Assembly (NCBI GenBank): GCA_035502475.1
Contig: DATJUJ010000030.1
Span: 2,343-66,342, forward strand
Length of the DNA: 64,000 bases
From: Thermoplasmata archaeon
Lineage (GTDB): Archaea > Thermoplasmatota > Thermoplasmata > Lutacidiplasmatales > UBA184
Direction of reading: 5' to 3'
Positions 43,237-52,315 of this stretch are shown here, piece by piece. A program made the translations under genes and the position numbers. Positions within the stretch are counted from its first letter, which is position 1. Each line of letters starts with the position of its first letter. The notes below the pieces were generated by a model. The model had not been told where the DNA came from. It was given only the letters and a program-made list of their open reading frames with translations, and ran no database searches.

Positions 43237-44028
43237 ATGGAGGAACCGGGCACCGTCTACTTCACGGGGACCGCGGGCGCCGGCAAGACGACGCTCGTCC
43301 GGGCCTTCGGCGAGTGGATGCGCCACGCCGGCCACGACGTGACGATCCTCAACCTGGACCCGGGCAGCGAGGCGACCGACTGGGAGCCGGACGTCGACAT
43401 CCGCGAGTGGGTGCGGCTCGCGGACCTCCAGGACGAGTACGGGCTCGGTCCGAACGGCGCGCAGGTCGCGGCGGCCGACATGATCGCGCTCAAGATCTTC
43501 GAGGTGAAGCAGGCCGTCCAGGAGCTGAAGGGCGACTACGTGCTCGTCGACACGCCCGGCCAGATCGAGCTGTTCGCGTTCCGCGAGGCGTCCCGGGCGA
43601 TCGTCGACGCGCTCTCGGGCGACCGGTCGATCGTCTCCTTCCTGTTCGACCCCGCGCTCGCGCGGAGCCCCGCAGGCTTCGTCTCGCTGCTGATGCTGAG
43701 CGCCACCGTCGAGTTCCGGTTCCGCCTGCCGATGACGAACGTCCTCGCGAAGGCGGACGTCCTCGCGCCCGAGCGCCTCGGCGAGGTGATGGGCTGGTCC
43801 GACGACCCCAACCAGCTCTACGAGGCCGTGACCCGGGACGCGCCGACGCCGGACACGCAGCTCTCGACCGAGATGTTCCGCGCGATCGAGACGATGGGCC
43901 CGCTCACCGGGCTCCTCCCGATCTCGGCGAAGGACGGGACCGGCCTCGAGGCGTTCTACCACGCCTGCCAGAACGTCTTCGCGGGCGGCGAGGACCTCGA
44001 GCCCTCGCACGCCCCGACGAACGACTGA
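43237..44028 (+). CDS. GPN-loop GTPase (XAB1/Npa3 family).
   Basis: P-loop FTGTAGAGKTT and GPN motif DPGSEATDWEP (GPN variant region). VDTPGQIELF is also present. The protein is 263 aa. Confidence 0.85.
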   Translation: MEEPGTVYFTGTAGAGKTTLVRAFGEWMRHAGHDVTILNLDPGSEATDWEPDVDIREWVRLADLQDEYGLGPNGAQVAAADMIALKIFEVKQAVQELKGDYVLVDTPGQIELFAFREASRAIVDALSGDRSIVSFLFDPALARSPAGFVSLLMLSATVEFRFRLPMTNVLAKADVLAPERLGEVMGWSDDPNQLYEAVTRDAPTPDTQLSTEMFRAIETMGPLTGLLPISAKDGTGLEAFYHACQNVFAGGEDLEPSHAPTND

Positions 44029-44035
44029 CGGAGTC

Positions 44036-44338
44036 CTACTCTTCGGTGAAGAAGAGGCCCATCCCCGCGGAGGCGGCCTCCTCCTCGTCCTTGAACTTCC
44101 GGTAGATCGGCTCCGCCTCGGTGGGCGGGAGGCGCTGGCCGACGGGGCCCAGGAGCTCGCCGGCGTGCCGCACCGCGTCCTCGGCGCCCTCGACGAGCAC
44201 GTAGAGGGTGTCCGCGGGACCGCCGAGCGCGCTCGCCTCGCGGACCTTCTGGCTCTGCCGCGAGACCCGGTCGTCCTTCAGGACGGCGTCGAGCTCAGTG
44301 CGCTTCGCGGACGGCACGGCGAACAGGGTCCAGGCCAT
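44036..44338 (-). CDS. Hypothetical small acidic protein, likely made from a leaderless transcript.
   Basis: Internal ATG at 44338 (MAWTLFAVPSAKRTELDAVLKDDRV...GMGLFFTEE, 100 aa). A TATA-like CCTTATAG lies about 27 nt upstream on the minus strand (plus-strand coordinates 44362-44369). Confidence 0.45.
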   Translation of the reverse strand: MAWTLFAVPSAKRTELDAVLKDDRVSRQSQKVREASALGGPADTLYVLVEGAEDAVRHAGELLGPVGQRLPPTEAEPIYRKFKDEEEAASAGMGLFFTEE

Positions 44339-44620
44339 GGCGGTCGGGCGACCGCGCCTGGCTATAAGGGGGTTTGCGGGCGCGGGCACGATGCGAGAGC
44401 TCATCCCGGCCGAGCCGAAGACTTGCTCCAGGCTCGCTCGGAGTCGGCCCCTCGCGCGACCGAGGAGCGATTGACGGTTCCGAGCCCGGGCGGTCGGGGG
44501 TGCGGTCTTGGATCGGGGGCGCGTCCCGCTCGGATCCTCGCCTCGAGCCGTTGTTCACTGCCCGCGAGGCCCCCGTGTCGCAGTGGGGGCGTCTCCCTCG
44601 TGACTGCGCAACGATCCAGC

Positions 44621-45943
44621 TCAAAGAGTCGTCGAGCCCACGACTGCTGACGTCGAGACTGTTGAGTTAACACTCAGCCGGTCGGACGAAAGGTCCCAGG
44701 ACGCCGGGGTCACGATGACGAGGTGCTGGAGACTTGCCAGGTCCGTCACGGGCTCGGTCCACCCGACCGTCCCGTTCGCGAGCGCTCCGTACGCGTTGAT
44801 CCACTCGCCATGGGAGGAGGTATCTACCGCATACCAGCCGGTCGAGTTCGCCGCGCACTCGCTGACGTTCGCAATCCAAGCGGGACACCCCGGAGCTCCG
44901 ACTGGAAGTTCCGATCCGCTGGCGTTCGAAACATTCAGCGCGGTCATCCAATTGGCGAGACCCCAGCCGTCGTAGTTACGCGTGAGCGTGCCATTTGAAT
45001 AGGCAAAAGCGACCTGGAACTGAGCGCTGATCCACTGAGTTGGACCCGACGAAGAGACCTCGGGGGATTGCCAGACGAGATCGTAGATGCCGTCCACCTG
45101 CGGAACGGCGACGTCATCCCGCGGAAGAGCACAGTTATGGCTCAGATTGAACACCTCTCCCGACTGGCCCTGGAGGTCTTCCCCGACCTGCACAAGGGGC
45201 TCAGCGTCCCCAGTCACTCCGACGAGACCACACCGCTCGAAGTACACTCCATAGCCCGATACATCCCCGAGACCGTCGAACACGCCCGGGCCGATCGTGA
45301 AGATCTGTACCATCGGCTCGTTCTCCTGGATCCAGCCGGACACGCTCCCGCCCCAAGCGGACTGGGCGGCCGCCGGGCTGTCCGCCGGATAGAGGCTGGG
45401 CGGGATGTACCAGTAGCTCGGGTTCGAACCCAGATCGTACCATGCGTTGCACGGTCCAGGGTAAGGTTGCGGCGCAAACACCTCGACGCTCCCGAGCGTG
45501 TCGGTTGCGAGCAGAATGGACTCGCTCGTGTTCGAGAAGTACGCGAACTGCCAGAAGGGCGCCGTCCCCGAGTTGAAGGTCCCGTTGAAGAGGGGGATCG
45601 TGCCGTTCCAGAGCGTGAGGCCGTTGAACACGGCCCCACAATTGTTGATGGTGTGGTTGTTCGTCGGATAACCGATCACGTTCGGGCTGAACGGAATCTG
45701 GGCGGCAATGCCGTAGACCGAGAAGAGGCTCCAGGGGCCGCCGACCGTGTTGTTCACCGAGCCGTTCACTTCGGCCAAGGCTTGATAGAGGGTCGGACCG
45801 TCCGCGCGCGTCTCGACGGAGGAAGTTGAGCGGTGGGCGTTCAAGATCAGACCGTATACGCCGGCCCCGGCGACGACCACCAGTCCCGCTACCGCAAGAG
45901 CGAAGAGGGCTCTCCTCCGCACGGGGCGGGCATCATCGGTCAT
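44621..45943 (-). CDS. Secreted or surface-exposed glycoprotein with an N-terminal signal anchor; a candidate cell-surface protein.
   Basis: N-terminal TM helix ALFALAVAGLVVVAGAGVYGLIL. At least 18 N-x-S/T sequons. The 440-aa protein is W/Y/G/S/T-rich. Confidence 0.55.
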   Translation of the reverse strand: MTDDARPVRRRALFALAVAGLVVVAGAGVYGLILNAHRSTSSVETRADGPTLYQALAEVNGSVNNTVGGPWSLFSVYGIAAQIPFSPNVIGYPTNNHTINNCGAVFNGLTLWNGTIPLFNGTFNSGTAPFWQFAYFSNTSESILLATDTLGSVEVFAPQPYPGPCNAWYDLGSNPSYWYIPPSLYPADSPAAAQSAWGGSVSGWIQENEPMVQIFTIGPGVFDGLGDVSGYGVYFERCGLVGVTGDAEPLVQVGEDLQGQSGEVFNLSHNCALPRDDVAVPQVDGIYDLVWQSPEVSSSGPTQWISAQFQVAFAYSNGTLTRNYDGWGLANWMTALNVSNASGSELPVGAPGCPAWIANVSECAANSTGWYAVDTSSHGEWINAYGALANGTVGWTEPVTDLASLQHLVIVTPASWDLSSDRLSVNSTVSTSAVVGSTTL

Positions 45944-45978
45944 TCAATCACAGACATGGGACGCACCGTACTTCTTCC

Positions 45979-47577
45979 CTACGGACAACCCCAAGTAGAG
46001 TTGCTTGAGTAGTACGTCGGCGCCCAGGCCCAGATACCGACCACATCGGCCGTAAGCTGCGCAAGACTCCCTCCTTGGGCAAACGCATCGAAGCAGGTCT
46101 GCGTGCCTCCCTGGGGGACGACTGCGTACCACTCGAGATTGTTAGAGTTTGAAGTGCTGGAGGTTTGAGACCACCCGGTGCTCGCGGAGAGGTCGATCGA
46201 GCCTACGCCTGGGAGATCCGCATCGATTCCGAGCGTGACAGAGAATCCGCCCTCGACCGCACTGGTCGTTGAAGTCGTGACGGCCCCAAACAATTCGTAA
46301 CCAGCCGGGACGAGGTCGCCATGAACCGAGTGGCCCGTGCTGTCCGGTAGAAAGTAGACATCGGAGGCACTGGTTCCGGGGTAGAGCCAGTCGGTGGGCG
46401 CGGCATAACTTGGATCGCAGTCTGACGATGGGAAGCATGCATTGACCGGCAATCCATAGAGGTTCACCGAGGTCTCCGCCCAACCCCGGTAAATGGCGTT
46501 GAACTCCACCGTTCCGGAGGTCTCGTACTCTGCTAGATAGACAAGGTCCCCGTCCTCTGACCCCTCGCCCCCGCACATCTGGTTCGTGACGGTCGTCGAG
46601 GACGATCCTTCGGATCCCACGCCGCTACCGGCGACTCCGCCGGATATCGACCAGCTGTCAGTAAGTGTCGTTGAGAGAGACCCGCACGCCTCGTACTCGA
46701 GCTCCGAGTAGCCAGCCGGGGCGTTGCTGAAATCGAGCACGACTGGGGAGTACGGGCCCACATAGTTGTGCGGCAGAACGAAATTTACAAACTGCGGGGC
46801 CCAAATGATCAGTGACTCGTTCCACTGTCCCGGCCAATACTGGACATTGAGATTGTCCGGGTTCTGGTAGTTGAGGACCTCCACGACGATCGGGTCCTTG
46901 TATTCGACGCAACCGAGCGGAACATAGTTGGGGTCCCAAACCAGTTGATAGAAGTACCCGTCCGTGGCGTAGGTGTAGATCGGTCCTCCGGGTCCATCGA
47001 GGCTCGGATTGAGGCAATTGATCTCCAGTGGTGTGTTCCCGGACGGGGACGCTCCGGTGGAGTTCGTGATCGTTCCGTTGATGAACTCCGGGGGATCGCT
47101 CGGGGCATTGATCGGCCAAGCGGCGGTCGTGAAGGACCCGGAGTAGGTGGCTCCGTCGATGCAGATGGATCCGATCTGATCGTTCGGCGCGGAGATCTCG
47201 AAGTAGTAGGTCGTCGCCGGCTCGAGGTAATTTAAGAAGACCGAGAAGGACGTCCCGCCGTCGTAGACACTTTGCGAGAAGGGGTACGGACTTGACGTGT
47301 TGCCCCAGTACAGCGTCGCGGCGACTGGATACCCCTCCGTCCAGCTCGTCGTGTCGTTCGTGGCAGTGGCCGTGGACGAGACGCCTCCCACCGAGTTGTG
47401 CTCGATGATGCACTGCATCTGAGAGCCGGCGCTGGCATCGGGGACCGCCACCGTGAGCGCACCGAGCGCGCTGAAGACGAGGATGAAGACGGCGACCGCG
47501 ATCGAAATCGAACGGAGTGTCTGGGCAGATCGAAGTCGTCGCGACTTCCGCCAACTCACCGGGCGCTTGGTCGCCAT
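45979..47577 (-). CDS. Second large secreted glycoprotein with an N-terminal signal anchor and dense sequons.
   Basis: True start is the ATG at 47577 (MATKRPVSWRKSRRLRSAQTLRSISIAVAVFILVFSALGALTVA), inside the 1206-aa track ORF whose upstream part is compositional noise. More than 20 N-x-S/T sequons. The product is about 532 aa. Confidence 0.55.
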   Translation of the reverse strand: MATKRPVSWRKSRRLRSAQTLRSISIAVAVFILVFSALGALTVAVPDASAGSQMQCIIEHNSVGGVSSTATATNDTTSWTEGYPVAATLYWGNTSSPYPFSQSVYDGGTSFSVFLNYLEPATTYYFEISAPNDQIGSICIDGATYSGSFTTAAWPINAPSDPPEFINGTITNSTGASPSGNTPLEINCLNPSLDGPGGPIYTYATDGYFYQLVWDPNYVPLGCVEYKDPIVVEVLNYQNPDNLNVQYWPGQWNESLIIWAPQFVNFVLPHNYVGPYSPVVLDFSNAPAGYSELEYEACGSLSTTLTDSWSISGGVAGSGVGSEGSSSTTVTNQMCGGEGSEDGDLVYLAEYETSGTVEFNAIYRGWAETSVNLYGLPVNACFPSSDCDPSYAAPTDWLYPGTSASDVYFLPDSTGHSVHGDLVPAGYELFGAVTTSTTSAVEGGFSVTLGIDADLPGVGSIDLSASTGWSQTSSTSNSNNLEWYAVVPQGGTQTCFDAFAQGGSLAQLTADVVGIWAWAPTYYSSNSTWGCP

Positions 47578-47830
47578 CGACACCAGGGGAGTGTCAGCCC
47601 CCTGAGACGGGCCCTTTGTCGGGGCTCCTCGCGAGTCGGCCGTAAGCGAGGATATCGGATGTCGGTCGACCGAAACTGGGCTCAAGCAATTATTAACGCC
47701 AATGGACATGGTGGCACTAACCGACGATGGGTTATAGTGTACCCCACTCTGCGCCTTCACTATCTGACCACTCCCGATCCGATTCCCCGGCAACTTCGGA
47801 CGTGGGCGAAGGCACAAGAGGCGCGCCCCG

Positions 47831-48559
47831 TTGAACGGCCCCGTGTACGCGTCCTCGGCCGAGGCCCCCATGCTGCTCGTCGGGACCGCGCACGTCGTCG
47901 ATCTCTCCGCCGCCCTTGAGCGCGTGCTGGGGGAGCGCGTGCTGGACGGCGTCGCGGTCGAGCTCGACGCGGAGCGGGCCCGCGCGCTGCTCGAGCCGAG
48001 CGCCGGGCCCCGCGGGTCGCGCGGCGTGCCGGTGCTGGCCCGTCTCTGGGGCCTCGTCCAGCGCCGGCTCGGGGCCGAGATCGGGGGCGGTCCCCCCGGG
48101 GCCGAGATGAAGGTCGCCGCCTCCGTGGCGCGCGCCCGGGCGCTGCCGTTGTTCCTGATCGACGATCCGATCCGGCTCACCCTCCTGCGACTCGTGCAGT
48201 CGTTGCCCGTGAAGGAGCGGGTCGTGCTGCTCGGCAGCGCGGTCGTGGGGCTGTTCGTGCCCGCGCGCGTGGTCTCGCGGGAGATGGACCGGTACTCGGA
48301 GGCCCCGCAGGAGTACACTGAGGAGCTGCGCCGCGCGAGCCCCACGCTCGCGCGCGTGCTCGTCGACGACCGGAACGAGCACATGGCAGACCGGCTCGCC
48401 GAACTGCGCCGCCGCGGATACGGGCGGATCGCCGCCGTCGTCGGGGACGCGCATCTGGCGGGGCTCTCGGAGGCCCTCCACCGGCGCGGCGTGCCGGTCG
48501 AGACGATCCCGTTCCGCACGCTGCGGGCGGCTACAGGACCGACGGGGTCCCCTTCGTAG
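47831..48559 (+). CDS. TraB/PrgY/GumN-family protein.
   Basis: N-terminal motif MLLVGTAHVVDLS. TTG start; an alternative ATG lies at 47870. The protein is 242 aa. Confidence 0.65.
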   Translation: MNGPVYASSAEAPMLLVGTAHVVDLSAALERVLGERVLDGVAVELDAERARALLEPSAGPRGSRGVPVLARLWGLVQRRLGAEIGGGPPGAEMKVAASVARARALPLFLIDDPIRLTLLRLVQSLPVKERVVLLGSAVVGLFVPARVVSREMDRYSEAPQEYTEELRRASPTLARVLVDDRNEHMADRLAELRRRGYGRIAAVVGDAHLAGLSEALHRRGVPVETIPFRTLRAATGPTGSPS

Positions 48560-49400
48560 CGTCCTCGATCGCCCGCACAAAGGCGTCGGCGAGCGTGCCG
48601 ACCGACGGCGACACGACGTCCTCGAGGCGGCCCGCGTCGGAGAGCTCGGAGATCGCGGGCTCGACGGGGATCCGCGCGAGGATCGGGATCCCGTACTCCT
48701 GCGCGACCGCGTCGACCCGGCTTGCGCCGAAGAGCCGGATCTGCTGCCCGCAGTGCGGACAGACGACGAACGCCTCGTTCTCGACGACGCCGAGGAGCGG
48801 CACGTGGAGGTCGCGCGCCATGTTCATCGCCTTCTTGACGATCAGCGCGGCGAGGTCCTGGGGCGTGAGCACGAAGACCATCCCATCGATCGGGATCGTC
48901 TGGAAGACCGTGAGCGGCACATCGCTCGTGCCGGGCGGCATGTCGAGGAGCAGGTAGTCGAGCGGTCCCCAGTTGACGCCGCCGAAGAACTGCGTGATGA
49001 GGCGGGTCACCAGCGGACCGCGCCAGATGACGGGCGTCTGCTCGTCTTCGACCATGAACTGGGAGGAGACGACCGCGATCCCCGAGGACGTGCGGGCCGG
49101 CTCGATGCCCTCGCCGCGATCGGTGAGCGGACCCTTGAGGCCCAGGAGCTTCGGGATCGACGGGCCCGTGATGTCCGCGTCGAGGACGCCGACCGCGAGC
49201 CCGCGGCGGGTCAGTTCGGCCGCGAGGAGGGCGGTCACCGAAGATTTCCCCACCCCGCCCTTGCCGCTCCCGACCGCGACCACGTGCCGGATGCGCCCCT
49301 TGTCCATGCGCTGCAGCAGACCCCGCGGCCCCGGGCGCCCCTGGCTCTGGGGCGGCGTCGACGTCGGACGGCTCGACATCGGAGAACCTTCGGCCGTCAT
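48531..49400 (-). CDS. apbC: Mrp/NBP35/ApbC-family Fe-S cluster carrier ATPase.
   Basis: Deviant Walker A VGSGKGGVGKSSVTA and the CPHCG Fe-S ligand motif, 289 aa. Confidence 0.85.
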   Translation of the reverse strand: MTAEGSPMSSRPTSTPPQSQGRPGPRGLLQRMDKGRIRHVVAVGSGKGGVGKSSVTALLAAELTRRGLAVGVLDADITGPSIPKLLGLKGPLTDRGEGIEPARTSSGIAVVSSQFMVEDEQTPVIWRGPLVTRLITQFFGGVNWGPLDYLLLDMPPGTSDVPLTVFQTIPIDGMVFVLTPQDLAALIVKKAMNMARDLHVPLLGVVENEAFVVCPHCGQQIRLFGASRVDAVAQEYGIPILARIPVEPAISELSDAGRLEDVVSPSVGTLADAFVRAIEDATKGTPSVL

Positions 49401-49468
49401 CGCGCCGTAGCACGGGGAGGTCGCTATATAAGCGGGGGCGGTCCGGCGCCGAGGTTCTCGGGCGTCCC

Positions 49469-51631
49469 ATGAGCGTCGGAGCGTCGCCCGAGCTCGACGA
49501 GCTGTTCCGGCCGGCCTCGGTCGCCGTCATCGGCGCCTCGAACAAGCCCGGCAAGGTCGGGACGAGCGTCTTCCGCAACATCCTGCAGGCTGGGTTCAAG
49601 GGCGTCGCCTACCCGGTGAACCCGTCCTCGAAGAGCGTCTCGGGGGTCCGCTGCTACGCCTCCGTCCGGGACCTGCCCGAGGCCCCCGAGCTCGCGGTCG
49701 TCATCGTTCCCGCGGCGGCGGTGGCGGACGTCGTCGAGCAGCTCGGGGCGGCCGGGACCCGCGGGGTCGTCGTGATCTCCGCCGGCTTTCGGGAGGTCGG
49801 CGACGCCGGCGCGGCGCTCGAGCGCGAGGTCGTCGCGCGCGCGCAGCGCTACCGGATGTCGCTCGTCGGCCCCAACTGCTTCGGCGTCCTCAACACCGCC
49901 GAGGACGTGAGCCTCAACGCGACGTTCAGCGAGAGCCTGCCGCCGCGGGGGAACATCGCCTTCGTCTCGCAGAGCGGCGCGCTGTGCGCGGGGATCCTCC
50001 AGTACGGGATCGCCGAGCGGATCGGCTTCTCGCGGTTCGTCTCCGTGGGCAACCGCGCCGGGGTCGACGAGAACGATCTCCTCCACGCCCTGGGCTCGGA
50101 CCCGGCGACGAAGGTGATCCTCCTCTACGTCGAGAGCCTGGCGAACGGCCGGCGTTTCCTCGAGGCGGCGCGCGAGGTCACCGAGCAGACCCCGGTGCTC
50201 GTCATCAAGAGCGGACGGACGGCGGCGGGGGAGCGGGCCGCGAGGAGCCACACCGGCTCGCTCGCGCAGTCCGGCCGGGACCAGCTCTACGACGCGCTGT
50301 TCGAGCAGTCGGGCGTGCTGCGGGCCGACACGCTCGGCGACCTGTTCCGCACGGCGAAGATCTTCGCGTCGGGCCTGACGCTCGGCGGCCCCCGGCTCGC
50401 GATCCTCACGAACTCCGGGGGCCCGGGGATCGTCGCGGCGGACGCCGCGATCCGGGGCGGCCTCGAGTTGCCGGTGCCGTCGCCCACGGTGCGGGCGGAC
50501 ATCGCCCGCCACCTCCCGGCGATCGCCGCGGTCTCCAACCCGCTCGACATGACCGCCGACATCGGAGCCGAGCAGTATCGCGGGACGCTCGCCGCGCTGC
50601 TCGCCACGCCCGAGATCGACGGAGCGCTCGTGATCGCGACCCCGACCGGCACGATGACCGGTAGCACGGTCGCCCAGGCGATCCTCGACGCGAAGGCGAC
50701 CACGCCGAAGGCGATCGTCGCCTGCCTGTTCGGCCTCACCGACCTTTCGCGCGAGGTCTCCTTCCTCGAGGACCGCGGCGTGCCGACGTTCACGTTCCCG
50801 GAAGAGGCGGTCGAAGGGCTGGGCAGCCTCGCCCGCTACCACGCCTGGCGGACCCGGCCCCGGACCGAGGTCCGCTCGTTCCCGGTCGATCGCGCGGCCG
50901 CCCAGGCGGCCCTCGACGCCGCCCACCGTGCCGGGGCGACCATCCTGCCCGAGTACGCCTCCCGCTCCCTGCTCGCGGCCTACGGGCTCCGCTTCCCCCA
51001 GGTCGCGCGCGTCACGATGGCCGACGAAGCGGCGCGGGCGGCCGACACGATCGGCTATCCCGTGGTCCTCAAAGTGGCGTCCCCCGACATCTCCCACAAG
51101 ACCGAGGTGGGGGGGGTCGCCGTGGGCTTGACGGACGCGGGCCAGGTCCGCGAGGCGTTCGCGCGGATGGACCGGACGGTGAAGGCCCGGGCCCCCCAGG
51201 CGCGCGTCGAGGGATACGAGGTCGAGCAGCAGGTCGTCGGCGCCAAGGAGGTCCTGGTCGGGGTGCAGCGGGATCTCGACTTCGGGCCGATCGTCGTCTT
51301 CGGGATGGGCGGCATCTACGTCGAGGTGCTGCGCGACGTCACGTTCCGCCTCGCGCCGATCCGTCCGCTCTCCGCCGAGCGGATGGTCCGCTCGATCAAG
51401 ATGTTCCCGCTGCTCCAGGGGTTCCGCGGCGAGGCGGCCAGCGACCTCCCCGCGCTCGAGGAGGCGATCGAGCGGGTCTCGCAGCTGGCGATGGAGGTCC
51501 CCGAGATCGCGGAGCTCGACCTCAACCCGCTGCTCGTCCGGCCCGCGGGGCAGGGCGTGATCGCCGTGGACGCGCGGATCGTGCTCGCTCCGTCTTCCAG
51601 ATCGGCACCGAACGCTTCAGCTCCTCGATGA
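49469..51631 (+). CDS. acd: ADP-forming acetyl-CoA synthetase (NDP-forming acyl-CoA synthetase) with fused alpha and beta subunits.
   Basis: CoA-binding N-domain VAVIGASNKPGKVG, a succinyl-CoA-synthetase-like alpha domain, then an ATP-grasp beta domain (YPVVLKVASPDISHKTEVGGV). The protein is 720 aa. Confidence 0.85.
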   Translation: MSVGASPELDELFRPASVAVIGASNKPGKVGTSVFRNILQAGFKGVAYPVNPSSKSVSGVRCYASVRDLPEAPELAVVIVPAAAVADVVEQLGAAGTRGVVVISAGFREVGDAGAALEREVVARAQRYRMSLVGPNCFGVLNTAEDVSLNATFSESLPPRGNIAFVSQSGALCAGILQYGIAERIGFSRFVSVGNRAGVDENDLLHALGSDPATKVILLYVESLANGRRFLEAAREVTEQTPVLVIKSGRTAAGERAARSHTGSLAQSGRDQLYDALFEQSGVLRADTLGDLFRTAKIFASGLTLGGPRLAILTNSGGPGIVAADAAIRGGLELPVPSPTVRADIARHLPAIAAVSNPLDMTADIGAEQYRGTLAALLATPEIDGALVIATPTGTMTGSTVAQAILDAKATTPKAIVACLFGLTDLSREVSFLEDRGVPTFTFPEEAVEGLGSLARYHAWRTRPRTEVRSFPVDRAAAQAALDAAHRAGATILPEYASRSLLAAYGLRFPQVARVTMADEAARAADTIGYPVVLKVASPDISHKTEVGGVAVGLTDAGQVREAFARMDRTVKARAPQARVEGYEVEQQVVGAKEVLVGVQRDLDFGPIVVFGMGGIYVEVLRDVTFRLAPIRPLSAERMVRSIKMFPLLQGFRGEAASDLPALEEAIERVSQLAMEVPEIAELDLNPLLVRPAGQGVIAVDARIVLAPSSRSAPNASAPR

Positions 51632-51962
51632 GGTAGCGCGCCGCGGCGAACGCCTCCGCCCGGTGGGCGCAGCCCGCCCCGGCGACGACCGACACCTCGC
51701 CCACGCGAAGCCGACCGAACCGGTGCCAGAGGACGATCCGGCGCGCGTGGAACCGACGCACCGCGGTCGCCTCGAGGACCCGCAGCCGCGCGAGCGCGGG
51801 GGCGGCGTGGACGTCATAGACGAGCGCGACCACCCGGCCCCGGGGCCCGGGATCCGGGCGCACGCGGCCGCAGAAGACGACGACCCCTCCCACACCGGGG
51901 CCTTCGAGCGCCCGGTAGGCGGACGCCACCGAGAGCGCCCGATCCGTGAGCCGGACCGACAC
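51522..51962 (-). CDS. moaE: Molybdopterin synthase catalytic subunit MoaE with a basic C-terminal extension.
   Basis: MoaE core GVGGVVVFCGRVR...IVLWHRFGRLRVGEVSVVAGAGCAHRAEAFAAARYLIEELKRSVPIWKTE. The extension overlaps the 3' end of acd by 110 nt (convergent). Confidence 0.8.
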   Translation of the reverse strand: MSVRLTDRALSVASAYRALEGPGVGGVVVFCGRVRPDPGPRGRVVALVYDVHAAPALARLRVLEATAVRRFHARRIVLWHRFGRLRVGEVSVVAGAGCAHRAEAFAAARYLIEELKRSVPIWKTERARSARPRRSRPAPRAGRAAG

Positions 51963-51964
51963 GG

Positions 51965-52222
51965 CTAGCCTCCTCCGTACGGGGGATGGACCGCGAACTC
52001 GTCCCCGGGGTCGAGCCGGACCGCGAGGCTCGCGAGGTACCGTCCGTTCCGGAGGAACCGGCTCGTCTCGAGCGTCCGGCGCAACCGGGGGTAGCGCTCC
52101 CCGAGCGACCGGACGAGCGCGCGGGCCGCGATCCCGTCCTCGGGGACCGCCCAGGCGATCGACCCGCGGCCGGCGACGTCCCGGGCCGGGCCGAAGAGGA
52201 GGACGGTCACGGCCTGCGCCAT
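51965..52222 (-). CDS. moaD: Molybdopterin synthase sulfur-carrier subunit MoaD (ThiS/MoaD fold with a Gly-Gly C-terminus).
   Basis: The 85-aa sequence MAQAVTVLLFGPARDVAG...FAVHPPYGGG* sits immediately upstream of moaE. It is missed by the ORF track because it lies inside the spurious 744-aa ORF 51965..54199. Confidence 0.7.
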   Translation of the reverse strand: MAQAVTVLLFGPARDVAGRGSIAWAVPEDGIAARALVRSLGERYPRLRRTLETSRFLRNGRYLASLAVRLDPGDEFAVHPPYGGG

Positions 52223-52315
52223 CGCGGCGCGCAGGGGCCGCCCGCCCTTAGGATTGTTGTGCCCCGCGCGGCCGCGCCCTAAACGGCTTATAGATTCGTT
52301 CGATAGAACCGGTCC

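Noticed and set aside
44380-44620. Tried to read the 282-nt spacer as SRP RNA or RNase P RNA.
   Set aside because: I could not find the helix-8 GGAA/AGCA or the P4 GGAAAGUCCGG signatures by eye on either strand. It is kept only as a low-confidence ncRNA candidate in findings.
44657-44676. Hairpin ctgttgagt-taac-actcagc considered as the terminator of the 44621 glycoprotein gene.
   Set aside because: It lies inside the coding region (it encodes ...LSVNSTVS...), upstream of the stop at 44621-44623. It is therefore not a 3' terminator.
45979-49599. The full 1206-aa minus-strand ORF.
   Set aside because: Only the C-terminal about 532 codons (from ATG 47577) encode the glycoprotein. The N-terminal about 670 codons are low-complexity Arg/Gly/Pro sequence antisense to the TraB and apbC genes.
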